A stretch of 64,000 nt of DNA from Deltaproteobacteria bacterium (GTDB taxonomy: Bacteria > Myxococcota_A > Polyangia > Fen-1088), in NCBI GenBank assembly GCA_034439895.1, contig JAWXBF010000003.1, positions 6,819 through 70,818 of the forward strand. The letters are read 5' to 3'. This document shows positions 37,010-46,082 of this stretch, in pieces. The position numbers and the translations under genes were made by a program. Position 1 is the stretch's first letter. Every line of letters starts with the position of its first letter. The notes under the pieces are model-generated. The model had not been told where the DNA came from, searched no databases, and was given only the letters and a program-made list of their open reading frames with translations.

Positions 37010-38058
37010 ACGAAATTGCGCCTTCCGGTGATGGTGGAGGGACCACTCTCGGTGGCTTCGGCCAGCGCGCGTTCCCATTCGCGGTCTTGTTCGGCATCAC
37101 CCGAGGCATTCTCGAGATTGACGCCATCCGTGCGGCGGTTCTTGAGCTTCAGGATCCCCGATACAAGAGGGCTGGAAGGTGAAAGCATGGTCTTCTTCGG
37201 CGCAACGGGTTCGTCTGACGGTTCAACCACGGCAACCGATTCGTCGGATTCGAGTTCGGCCGGCCAGGCATCGAGCAGATTCATCCGGTTGTCAGATACG
37301 CCGATCAGAAGTTCACGTCCCTTGACCTTCAAGAGGACAATGCGGTTTTTGCCGCCGAGCGAGCGGTGGGTCACGAGATCAAGGGTCGTGAGATCCGCCC
37401 GGTTGCCCTTCTTGCGGTTCTTCATGGCGACGAACGCAGCGAGGCCAGCGACGAGCACGACCGAGAACACGACCGGTAGGTTCGAGTTTGCAGGAGGAAG
37501 GGTTTGCAGGCCGCCGCCTTTGCTTCGCACGGGCTTGCCGGGCATGGCAGCCGCGACTTCCTCGGTCGAAACCGTGGCCACCGCTGTCTCGCGACCTTGG
37601 GTCGGAGTGGGAATCTCGACGGGCGCAACCGACGCAACGGGCGCAACCGCCGCGACGGGCTTCACCGCGGCTGGCAGCCAGTTGCTCACGGTTTCCTTGC
37701 GGGGCAGCAACACGCGCAACCCGGTCTTGGTGTTTTCGATCCGGGCTGCGTTGGCGATCTTCTGAGTCGTGCGGCGGCCATGCGAAAGCGTGATGCCGAG
37801 GTAGCCATCCGTGGTCTCGATTCGACGGACGGTTGGGTCCAGGATCGGGGTGTTGCTATTCAGCTTGCCGTCAATGGCGAGTTCGAGATGGTCGCCCGAT
37901 GCTGTCAGTTTATTCTGTGTGGTACGAACGCCCGGGATCGTGATCTCGATGTGTTCTATGTCGGCGGCAAAGTTGACGGTTGGATCGGCCGCACGGGCAG
38001 CGCCCAATGAAAGTCCCTGTGCCACGACCCATGCGGCGACGGCAGTGTTACGGATCAC
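37006..38058 (-). CDS. fliO: FliO-like protein with an atypical ~200-aa N-terminal signal-peptide-bearing periplasmic extension
   Basis: Single TM (LPVVFSVVLVAGLAAFVAM) followed by the FliO core LGGKNRIVLLKVKGRELLIGVSDNRMNLLDAW. A cleavable-looking signal peptide and an Ala/Pro/Val-rich region precede the TM. Confidence 0.6.
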   Translation of the reverse strand: MIRNTAVAAWVVAQGLSLGAARAADPTVNFAADIEHIEITIPGVRTTQNKLTASGDHLELAIDGKLNSNTPILDPTVRRIETTDGYLGITLSHGRRTTQKIANAARIENTKTGLRVLLPRKETVSNWLPAAVKPVAAVAPVASVAPVEIPTPTQGRETAVATVSTEEVAAAMPGKPVRSKGGGLQTLPPANSNLPVVFSVVLVAGLAAFVAMKNRKKGNRADLTTLDLVTHRSLGGKNRIVLLKVKGRELLIGVSDNRMNLLDAWPAELESDESVAVVEPSDEPVAPKKTMLSPSSPLVSGILKLKNRRTDGVNLENASGDAEQDREWERALAEATESGPSTITGRRNFV

Positions 38059-38378
38059 GATGCCCCATCCTTGTCGTTGCGGACGATCTCGACGATGCGT
38101 GCGCCATAGCGATCCCCAATTGCAACGGCTTCGGCGCGGGCGACGAGTCGTTCGTTCACCCGCACATCCAGTTTGTCGCCGGTCAACTTGGACAGCGGAA
38201 TGATGGACCCTGGACCAAGTCGCGAACCTACTTCTTTCAGGCTCATGATGACCCGTCCCAGTTCAACCGACAACTCAACCGGAACATCGCCGAGCAAAAG
38301 ATCGAAGGACTCGACCCTCGCCGCGTTGTCGGACTGTCCCTTGGGATTCTCGCCTGGGTTTTTTCCCTCGGTGCTCAT
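38055..38378 (-). CDS. fliN: flagellar switch protein FliN (SpoA domain)
   Basis: LLGDVPVELSVELGRVIMSLKEVGSRLGPGSIIPL...VRVNERLVARAEAVAI. Confidence 0.85.
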   Translation of the reverse strand: MSTEGKNPGENPKGQSDNAARVESFDLLLGDVPVELSVELGRVIMSLKEVGSRLGPGSIIPLSKLTGDKLDVRVNERLVARAEAVAIGDRYGARIVEIVRNDKDGAS

Positions 38379-39322
38379 GATGGGCGGCCTTTCGTGTTGG
38401 TGTTTCCGATTACCTCGACGGCCATCGTGCCGCGGGAAACGAGTGCGCGTCCGTGCCCTTTGACTTTTCCGCCGACGCGGATTGGCAGTGGATCGTCCAG
38501 AAACTTGTCGAGGGGCAAAATGGTGCCCGGCTGGAGACGCGACAGAGCGTTCATCGTCATTCGGACGCGTCCTAGCTCGACGTTCACCTCGACGGGAACT
38601 CCACCAAGCGCTGCCTCGACGGCGCCGGGCGGTGCCGGCACGGAGCCCACGGGTACGGGCGGAACCACCATGGTCTCCGGCCGAGCGATCAGACCAATCG
38701 TACCACGGGTGTCGCCTTCGATGGCGATCGTGGTGCTGACCACGAGATCGCCCGGGGAAAGACTGCGGCGCCAGAGTTCGGTGCGGGCGGCATCGTCAAG
38801 CAGGTTGACGCTGCATCCCTGTTCCTCGAACCAGGCGTCCGTCAAACCGCGCGTGATGGCTTCTCCGACGCGTCCGAACAACTGACGCGCCACTTGCGAC
38901 GGGGGTCGGTCGTTCTCGGATTGTTCAAGCTGCGCACCCAACAAACAGGCCGACAAAATTTCGACCATGGGTCCCGATGCGGTCATCAAGGCCAGGTCCG
39001 ACCGCTTGTCGACCCGGAGGCAACGAACCCAGGCTTCCCCGAGGGCGTCGCGCAATCCACCGCCGTCTACAACCTCGACGTTTTGCACCGTGGCTTCCAC
39101 GTCGACCCGGCAAAGGCGGGCGATGAGCTGTGGAATTGTCTTGATCCAGCGTGCCGCAATTTTCTGGGCGTTGGGGCGGGCGCGCTCGGCGGCGCGATCG
39201 TCGGCGATGAGCGCTATCGGCTCCGCCTGGAGTTCCAGATCCTCGGCAGGGGTCGAGCGTCGACCTTTGCCCATGGCAGTCTGAATGGCCTCGAATTCTT
39301 CGGATGAGAGCTTGTCGCCCAT
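38375..39322 (-). CDS. fliM: flagellar switch protein FliM
   Basis: The N-terminal CheY-P binding motif LSSEEFEAIQ (consensus LSQxEIDALL), the middle domain and a C-terminal SpoA-like domain. Confidence 0.9.
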   Translation of the reverse strand: MGDKLSSEEFEAIQTAMGKGRRSTPAEDLELQAEPIALIADDRAAERARPNAQKIAARWIKTIPQLIARLCRVDVEATVQNVEVVDGGGLRDALGEAWVRCLRVDKRSDLALMTASGPMVEILSACLLGAQLEQSENDRPPSQVARQLFGRVGEAITRGLTDAWFEEQGCSVNLLDDAARTELWRRSLSPGDLVVSTTIAIEGDTRGTIGLIARPETMVVPPVPVGSVPAPPGAVEAALGGVPVEVNVELGRVRMTMNALSRLQPGTILPLDKFLDDPLPIRVGGKVKGHGRALVSRGTMAVEVIGNTNTKGRPS

Positions 39323-39339
39323 GACATCGACTTACCGAT

Positions 39340-39355
39340 GCAAGCGACGGGCCAG
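39340..39355 (-). promoter_or_regulatory. putative sigma-54 promoter (TGGCCC-N5-TTGCA) 18-20 bp upstream of fliM
   Basis: The minus strand reads cTGGCCCgtcgcTTGCa, one mismatch from the TGGCAC-N5-TTGCW consensus. It has the same geometry as the flgB promoter. Confidence 0.45.
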
Positions 39356-39531
39356 AAAAATATCGTGTATTTACAGTACCTTACGAAATGGCCGCCTTCT
39401 TGACGTTGCCGCCGTTGACGACCGCGCCAAAAAGGACAACGCGACGACGCGACACGCTGTTGGAAAAACGGACGCACCGGGTCGCGGGGTGTTTGCCCCG
39501 GAACCCCGTGCATCGCGATGCGTCTTGAACC

Positions 39532-40818
39532 TCAACGCTTGAGGTTTGCGATTTCCGCCAGCATCTCGTCTGCCGTGGAAATTGTCCGCGCGTTGGCCTG
39601 GAAGGCGCGCTGATAGGCGATGAGCGAGACCAGTTCGTTGCCGAGGTCCACGTTTGAGTTTTCAAGTGAACCGGCAGAGATGGCCCCACGGGTCCCTGAA
39701 GCGGCCGTGCCAACGAGCGCCTGACCGGAATCGGGCGTTTCGAGGAACAACTGGCTCCCTGCGCGAACGAGGCCCTGTTCGCTCTGGAACGACGCCAGTC
39801 CCACCCGTGCCACGGCCCGGCTCTGACCGTTCGAGAACATGCCCGTCACCGTTCCATCATCGCCGATAAGCAGGTTCGTGAGCTCACCTGACCCGTATCC
39901 GTTTTGTACGAGACCGGTGATGCTGTTGGCACCTGCGTACTGAACCGTACCACTTTGTCCAGTACCGGTGTCAGTCGTGATGGAATCACCAAAGTCGAAT
40001 GCAATGACCTGTCCCGGTGTCGCGTTCAAGAAGTCGGCGCTGGAGGCCGTCGTCGTTTCGGTGTCGAGTGCGCCGTTCGGGGTGAACGTCAACGTTCCAG
40101 CGGCGATCTCCTGTGGTACGCCGGCGGTTCCACCCGTGACCTCCGACCCGTCGACCAACGCGTGCCATTGCCACGTGCCCGCACCATTGGTGATGAAATA
40201 GACGTCGGCTCGATGCGCCTGTCCAAGCGAGTCATAGACCGTCGTGGGTGCGGACGAGTTGGATGTCGCCGAGGCATTGGCCGGATCCCAGGGCAGCGCG
40301 GGGGCGATGGATCCGGAATCGAGGTTCATCGATACCGCAAGTTCTGTCGTGGCATTGGGTGGGCTGGTTCCACCGACCTGCAGATCGCTCAGTGTCGCTG
40401 AAAGCTGACCCGATGGTTGCAGCATATACCCCTGCACACGCAGGCCTTCCCCGTTGACCACCACGCCTTCGCTGTTGAGGTTGAAACGTCCATCGCGGGT
40501 GTAGTACGAACCTTCGGCGCCATCGTGGTTTCCGTTGAGAATGAAGAAGCCATTTCCACGGATCGCCATGTCGAGGGTCGCGCCTGTTTGTTGAATTGCA
40601 CCCTGGTTGTGCAACGTATCGACACCCCCAAGTCGGACACCGGCACCCATGCGCTGACCGTTGGGTGCGTTGCCGCCCAGGACATCCTGGAAGCTGGCCC
40701 GCGATCCACGGAATCCTACCGTGGAGGCATTGGCGATGTTGTCACCGACGGTGCTGATGGCCTCGCCATGGGCTTGCAGTCCGCTTGCACCTGTTCTTAA
40801 CGACGTCCAGATTGACAT
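39532..40818 (-). CDS. flgE: flagellar hook protein FlgE
   Basis: N-terminus MSIWTSLRTGASGLQAHGEAISTVGDNIANASTVGFR and C-terminus LENSNVDLGNELVSLIAYQRAFQANARTISTADEMLAEI. Confidence 0.9.
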   Translation of the reverse strand: MSIWTSLRTGASGLQAHGEAISTVGDNIANASTVGFRGSRASFQDVLGGNAPNGQRMGAGVRLGGVDTLHNQGAIQQTGATLDMAIRGNGFFILNGNHDGAEGSYYTRDGRFNLNSEGVVVNGEGLRVQGYMLQPSGQLSATLSDLQVGGTSPPNATTELAVSMNLDSGSIAPALPWDPANASATSNSSAPTTVYDSLGQAHRADVYFITNGAGTWQWHALVDGSEVTGGTAGVPQEIAAGTLTFTPNGALDTETTTASSADFLNATPGQVIAFDFGDSITTDTGTGQSGTVQYAGANSITGLVQNGYGSGELTNLLIGDDGTVTGMFSNGQSRAVARVGLASFQSEQGLVRAGSQLFLETPDSGQALVGTAASGTRGAISAGSLENSNVDLGNELVSLIAYQRAFQANARTISTADEMLAEIANLKR

Positions 40819-40856
40819 GTTTGGTTTCCTTTCAGTGGGGCGTGAGGCGTCAGCCA

Positions 40857-41543
40857 TCACGGGGTTGGCAGTGGAATGGTTGGTTTCTCACCGTCGAGCG
40901 ACGCGATATCGGACGGTGCGATCGTGACGGAGCCCACCTGGAAGGCGGCTCCTCCTTGCTCAAATGCGACGGCCGTGATTTCGCCGTGAAGAATGACCTG
41001 GCCGGGGACCGTTGCGCCGGCCTGATCCCGGGCATCAACCGAGATGCTGTAGTTTCCAGCGACGACATCATGGCCGTTGTCATCCTTGCCATCCCAGTGA
41101 AGCGCCGTTTCGCCCGAATTCGTAGCACTCAGGTCGATGTGTCGCACGGCGACGCCGTCGGCGTTGTTGATGACGATTTCCACTTTCGATGCTGGCTTGG
41201 CCAGGTGCACGTTCAGATCGGGCACGGGGCCGTCTTCGGGGTTGTAATCGATCTGCGATGCGGCCGCCGTGACATTCCGTCCGGTCAGCCCAACGAGCGC
41301 TGCCCGAGAGGCCGTGTCCTGTCCCGCTTCAAGGCTTGCCAGTCTCGTGTTCATCTCAACCGATTGCTCAAGCGAGGTGAACTGCGCGAGCTGTGCGACG
41401 AATTCCGCCCCTTTCTGCGGATCAAGCGGATTTTGATACTGAAGCTGTGCCACCAGTAGTCGGAGGAACTCGTCCTTCGTCGACTTGGGCGGCGCTTGTG
41501 TTCGTTGCTGGGTAAGGCTATCGGGAAGATTTTCAACTCTCAT
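40857..41543 (-). CDS. flgD: flagellar hook cap protein FlgD
   Basis: KDEFLRLLVAQLQYQNPLDPQKGAEFVAQLAQFTSLEQ and a C-terminal FlgD Ig-like domain. The internal start MRVEN has an SD (AGGAT). Confidence 0.85.
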   Translation of the reverse strand: MRVENLPDSLTQQRTQAPPKSTKDEFLRLLVAQLQYQNPLDPQKGAEFVAQLAQFTSLEQSVEMNTRLASLEAGQDTASRAALVGLTGRNVTAAASQIDYNPEDGPVPDLNVHLAKPASKVEIVINNADGVAVRHIDLSATNSGETALHWDGKDDNGHDVVAGNYSISVDARDQAGATVPGQVILHGEITAVAFEQGGAAFQVGSVTIAPSDIASLDGEKPTIPLPTP

Positions 41544-41559
41544 GGTTTTATCCTCTTGC

Positions 41560-42540
41560 TCAGGCGATCGCGCGCAGATCGCGCGTTGTTTCGGGCGTTG
41601 GTTGTATCGACGAATCGTCGTCGTGCTCCGGCAGTGTCTCTGGTTGTCGCGGTTCACCCCCGTTGCCCCCCGTCTCGAAGTCGAAGGACAACGTGTCGAG
41701 GTTCAGGCCATGCTTCGCGAGTGCAGTCCCCAGTTCCTGGGCGTGCTCACGCAAATGGAGTGCGACCTCGGGTGTGGCAACCGTGGCACTGACCCGCACG
41801 TGTTGGCCTTGCGCGGCGATCGATAGGTCCACCCGACTGTCGCCGTCCCCCACCACGATGTCGGCCGTATCCTTGCCAAAGTGCGCACGACGGATGTCGT
41901 TTATCGCCTCGACGGGACGCAACGTGGCGGCTTCGGGGGAGGGCACTTGCGCAGGGGCGGCTGCCGTTGCGGGCAACGAGACATCTCTTGAATGCGTTGG
42001 GTTGTGCTCGGCAAGCGCTGCGACAATTGCCGAGCTGATGTCGCTTCCCACAACGATTGCCTTTGGCGGGGCCTCCGCGTCTTTCACCATGTCCTGCAAA
42101 ATAGGCGTCATTTCCATCAAAGGCGCAGGCTCTTTCGTTGCTCTCGCTTTGTAAGCCACCTCGGGTTCTGGTGTGGCCGCTTCGCCGAATTCGACCGGCT
42201 CCATCCACGCGGGTAGTTCCAGCGTTGGCGTCTCGTTCGGGTTGGATTCTGGCGCGGCGACCTTCGCAGGGGTTTTCGCAATGATCGGCAACGAGGCCGT
42301 CGCCTCAACGGTTGGGCGCGCGCCCGGAATCGTTTCTCCGGATGGCGAGACAGGGACAGGGACGGCGCCGTTTACGGGAGTGTTGGTTGGGTTCACGGTC
42401 ATCATTCCCGCCAGCAATGCCAGCGCGGCAGCGAAGTCATTCGGCCTGCCTTCTTCAGAGTCAGCGGGGCGCAACCCTTCGGCCTTTGAATTCTCCGATG
42501 ACAACCATCCGTTGGGACGCGACGGAAATCCGGTGTTCAT
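41560..42540 (-). CDS. fliK: flagellar hook-length control protein FliK-like (Pro/Ala-rich)
   Basis: Position between fliJ and flgD, a Pro-rich N-terminal part and a C-terminal T3S4-like segment (VALHLREHAQELGTALAKHGLNLDTLSF). Confidence 0.65.
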   Translation of the reverse strand: MNTGFPSRPNGWLSSENSKAEGLRPADSEEGRPNDFAAALALLAGMMTVNPTNTPVNGAVPVPVSPSGETIPGARPTVEATASLPIIAKTPAKVAAPESNPNETPTLELPAWMEPVEFGEAATPEPEVAYKARATKEPAPLMEMTPILQDMVKDAEAPPKAIVVGSDISSAIVAALAEHNPTHSRDVSLPATAAAPAQVPSPEAATLRPVEAINDIRRAHFGKDTADIVVGDGDSRVDLSIAAQGQHVRVSATVATPEVALHLREHAQELGTALAKHGLNLDTLSFDFETGGNGGEPRQPETLPEHDDDSSIQPTPETTRDLRAIA

Positions 42541-42980
42541 GGTTTGTTCCTGTATTGAGTCGCGACGCGATCGTCGCTTTGTTTTTGTTCAAGTTTGTTC
42601 TGGACCTCGGCGACGTGATCCCGTTCGCGGTCCAGAAGCTTCTCCGCGCGACGGAGTTCCTGTTCTTTGCCGACCAGAACTTCACGGCGTGCGGCGCTGT
42701 GCTGTTCCGATTTTCGCCGCTCTTCGTTCGCGGATACCAGTCGGTGGGTTGCGGCGCGACGGGCATATTCGAAATCGAAGAATGCATTGACGCTTTCGGC
42801 TTTGCCAAGGTTTTGGCTTGCGTCGTCGTACGATTGTTCGATCTCCGCGTGAACGTGTTCCAAATGTTCGTTGGCCTGTTGTGCTGCGATCTCGGCCGCC
42901 GTGAGCTCGCCTGCTGCGGCATCGCGCAGGCGTTTTCGGGTGCGCTCCACCCTTGTCAGCAAACGAAAGCGTGGTGTCAT
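42537..42980 (-). CDS. fliJ: flagellar export protein FliJ
   Basis: A 147-aa coiled-coil protein immediately after fliI, with FliJ-like N-terminus MTPRFRLLTRVERTRKRL. Confidence 0.7.
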   Translation of the reverse strand: MTPRFRLLTRVERTRKRLRDAAAGELTAAEIAAQQANEHLEHVHAEIEQSYDDASQNLGKAESVNAFFDFEYARRAATHRLVSANEERRKSEQHSAARREVLVGKEQELRRAEKLLDRERDHVAEVQNKLEQKQSDDRVATQYRNKP

Positions 42981-44356
42981 TTGCTTTCAACCGCCCTAGA
43001 ACGAGGTTTGGTCAACTTTGCGGACTCCGTGGCCATCAGTTGATCCGCGGTTGCAATGACTTCCTGAAGTTGATTCATGCCGGCGCCGTAGGCAGTCGAC
43101 TCTTCCGGATTCTGTCTCGCCCAGCGATCAAACGCTTCGCCCGTGGCGACCGCAGCGTCGTACACCGGGTTGTGTCCCGGAACGTAGGCGCCGAGGCTGC
43201 GCAACTCGTCGGCCTCCCGCCGGGTTGCAAGCAGTTGGCGGCCGCGGGTCATCAACTTGTGCGCTTCGTCCACGGTAACTTGTCGGGCCGCACGCGAGGC
43301 GCTCGCGAGCAAATCAATCGCAGGGAAGTGACCTCGAGCGGCGAGATCCCGAGACAAGACAATGTGACCGTCGAGCAACGAGCGCGCCGAGTCAGCGACG
43401 GGATCGGCCAGATCGTCGCCTTCGACAAGGACCGTGAAAAACCCCGTGATGGAACCACCGTTTTTGATCGGGCAGACGCGTTCCAGAAGGCGCGGCAAGG
43501 TCGCAAATACGCTCGGTGGATAGCCCTTCGTTGCGGGTGGCTCGCCCGCCGCGAGTCCGATTTCACGCAGCGCCATCGCATAGCGGGTCAGCGAATCGAG
43601 AATCAACAACACCCGCGCACCGCGATCTCGGAAGTACTCGGCGATGGCAACTGCAGAAAGCGCGCCCCGTGCGCGCTCAGCAGGCGGACGATCGGAAGTT
43701 GAAACGACGAGCACACCGCGCTCAAGCTGGAAATTGGTTAGCAGATCCTGAACCTCGCCACCGCGTTCGCCGATGAGGCCGATGACGGTTACATCGACAT
43801 CCGACTGGCGTGCGATCTGCCGCATCAAGATGGTTTTCCCGACGCCGGCACCCGCAAAGATGCCGACCCGTTGTCCTGCACCGCAGGTCAACAACGAATC
43901 GATGGCACGGACGCCGGTATCGAAGCGGTTGTGAATGGCAACGCGTTTTTCAGGCAGCGGTGCCGCCGCATCGATCGGGACAAACGCGTCGGGTCGCAAC
44001 GCTTCTTTTCCGTCGAGTGGATTTCCGAATGCATCGACGATCCGACCTAGCAACCGTTCGGATACGCCGAGGCGGGCGCCGTCTCCGCGGCTTGTGACTC
44101 GGGCTCCCGGCGCGACGTTGATGAGTCTTCCGAAGGGAATGATGAGCGCATTCGAATCCTTGAAACCAACCACTTCACCGAAGAGCGGCTCGCCCGGGCG
44201 TTCGATCTCGACCATGTCACCCACTCGACCGTTGGGTACGTGGCTTTCAACCAGCATGCCCGTGACACGCGTGACTTTCCCGTGTTGCGCCGGTGTTGCC
44301 GCCCGGGCCAGAAGCGGCGTGATGCGATCAATAAAGCCCGGATCTGCGCCCATCAT
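42977..44356 (-). CDS. fliI: flagellum-specific ATPase FliI
   Basis: Walker A GIFAGAGVGKT, Walker B LLILDSLTRYA and an F1/T3SS ATPase fold. Confidence 0.95.
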   Translation of the reverse strand: MMGADPGFIDRITPLLARAATPAQHGKVTRVTGMLVESHVPNGRVGDMVEIERPGEPLFGEVVGFKDSNALIIPFGRLINVAPGARVTSRGDGARLGVSERLLGRIVDAFGNPLDGKEALRPDAFVPIDAAAPLPEKRVAIHNRFDTGVRAIDSLLTCGAGQRVGIFAGAGVGKTILMRQIARQSDVDVTVIGLIGERGGEVQDLLTNFQLERGVLVVSTSDRPPAERARGALSAVAIAEYFRDRGARVLLILDSLTRYAMALREIGLAAGEPPATKGYPPSVFATLPRLLERVCPIKNGGSITGFFTVLVEGDDLADPVADSARSLLDGHIVLSRDLAARGHFPAIDLLASASRAARQVTVDEAHKLMTRGRQLLATRREADELRSLGAYVPGHNPVYDAAVATGEAFDRWARQNPEESTAYGAGMNQLQEVIATADQLMATESAKLTKPRSRAVESK

Positions 44357-45078
44357 GGTGTTTCGCCCCCGGCGTCATTTGCGCCACGTTCGGCGAGGTA
44401 TTCGTCCAAAAACGGCACCAGCGCGAGACGTACTTTGTCAAGACGCGCATCCACCGTGGCATCGACGATGCGTTCGATGTTCTCCAGCAGAAAGCCGCCC
44501 GAGGCGATGTGAAGGTCGCGGACAATGCGAGCCGACTGACCAATCTCGGGTGCGGCTGCCAGAATCGAGTCGGCATCCGAAGGGCAAAGGTGTAGTACCA
44601 ATGGCAACGGGCTTTCGACGCCATCGATGAGTTTCTGGACCGTCTCTGCAAGGGATCGGGAATCGATCGAGATCTCCCGTGAAACCAGCTGTCGAGCAAT
44701 GGCAATGGCCATGTCTGCAATCTCGCCTGCCCGGGGCATTCGAATTCGTTTCGTGGCAACCAACAGCCTTTCGGTGCCCTGCGCGAACTGTTCAATCGCA
44801 GCACCAATTTTTTGTTCGGCTTGGGCCATGCCTTCTTTTTCCGCCCGTGCGATCGCGACATTCATTCGGGTGGAATACTCGGGATGCTCCTCGATGGGCA
44901 AGGACAGTTGCTGGGCGAGGGCCGGTGGCAAAAATGCCTGACGAACCTCCGCTTTACCATCCGTGTTTCCGGACCACGCCGCCGCCGCACCCGCGTTGCC
45001 GACGCGCATGCGCTGGTGAAGCGGCACTTCGGTGCCATCTCCCATGCCGAAATCGGTGAACGATTCGTTTCTTCTCAA
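44353..45078 (-). CDS. fliH: flagellar export protein FliH
   Basis: Position between fliG and fliI, 241 aa, and a FliH/YscL-like C-terminal region. Confidence 0.7.
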   Translation of the reverse strand: MRRNESFTDFGMGDGTEVPLHQRMRVGNAGAAAAWSGNTDGKAEVRQAFLPPALAQQLSLPIEEHPEYSTRMNVAIARAEKEGMAQAEQKIGAAIEQFAQGTERLLVATKRIRMPRAGEIADMAIAIARQLVSREISIDSRSLAETVQKLIDGVESPLPLVLHLCPSDADSILAAAPEIGQSARIVRDLHIASGGFLLENIERIVDATVDARLDKVRLALVPFLDEYLAERGANDAGGETP

Positions 45079-46082
45079 ACGAGTTGCTCCCCGCCGCCGG
45101 TGGGCAAGGTGATTTGACCTTCAGAGGCAAGGCGCATCGCGCACTCGACAATTTCGCGTTGTGCGCGTTCGACCTCGGAAAGTCGTGTCGGCGGCAACAG
45201 TTGGAGATCTTCTCGCATTTGCTCGGCTGCCCGCGAAGAAACGGCCGACAGGAAATGGTCACGCAAATCTTCAGGAGAGGTCTTGAGCGCCAACAACATC
45301 GTATCGCTTGGAACCTCGCGCATGAGGGTCTGCAGCGCGCGGCCTGTTATCTTGCGCAGATCCTCGAAGCGGAACATGCCTTCTCTAATCTTCGGACCCA
45401 ACTGGCTGTCGGCTTCTTCGATGGCGCCGATCAAACGCTCGGAGTCTTCGGAAGGGACTTGCTTCAAAAGTTCGGCAGTGAACTCAATTCCATTGAACTC
45501 CATTTGCTTGCTGGCGTCCGTCAGACCGCCCGCAAGGGCAAGGGCCTTCACGAGGGCCTGCGATGCGAGGAGGATTTCGTCCGTCGGGACCTCGGTCAAT
45601 TGCGCAACACGTTTAAGCAGATCAACCTGAGCCTCTTGCGGCATGACAAGCAAGATCTGTCCGGCCTGCGTTCGACCGAGTTGCGACAGGATGGCAGCCG
45701 CGATCTGCGGATGCTCCTGCGCCAGTAGCTCTGCGAGGGTTGCCGTCCGTGCCGTTCGTATGACATCGATCGGAGCGAGGTTTGCGTTCGGGTTGGCATC
45801 CAGGATTTCACGTGCCCTGGCTTCGCCGAGTGCACTTGCGGCCAGACTGCGAACGTACGCACCGCCCGAGCGGGGCAGCATGGGGGAACGCATTTTCTCT
45901 GAGAATTCTGCGAAGACGCTTTCCAGAACGGTGGGCTCTACGCCGTCGAGATCCTCGACGGATTTCACGAGTTTGCGCAACTCATCGGCTTCCAGGTTTC
46001 GTAGCACCTCGCACGCAAGCGTCTCCTCAAGGGCCAGAATCACGAGCGCTGCTTTTTGTCGGTTGTTGATCGTGGCGGTCAT
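45075..46082 (-). CDS. fliG: flagellar rotor/switch protein FliG
   Basis: N-terminus QKAALVILALEE...LRNLEADELRKL and a C-terminal torque helix (EVERAQREIVECAMRLASEGQI). Confidence 0.9.
   Translation of the reverse strand: MTATINNRQKAALVILALEETLACEVLRNLEADELRKLVKSVEDLDGVEPTVLESVFAEFSEKMRSPMLPRSGGAYVRSLAASALGEARAREILDANPNANLAPIDVIRTARTATLAELLAQEHPQIAAAILSQLGRTQAGQILLVMPQEAQVDLLKRVAQLTEVPTDEILLASQALVKALALAGGLTDASKQMEFNGIEFTAELLKQVPSEDSERLIGAIEEADSQLGPKIREGMFRFEDLRKITGRALQTLMREVPSDTMLLALKTSPEDLRDHFLSAVSSRAAEQMREDLQLLPPTRLSEVERAQREIVECAMRLASEGQITLPTGGGEQLV

Noticed and set aside
39527-39545. Perfect hairpin AACCTCAAcgcTTGAGGTT overlapping the flgE stop codon
   Set aside because: No T-tract follows it on the transcribed strand, so it is not called a Rho-independent terminator. 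It could be an mRNA stability or attenuation element, but evidence is insufficient.
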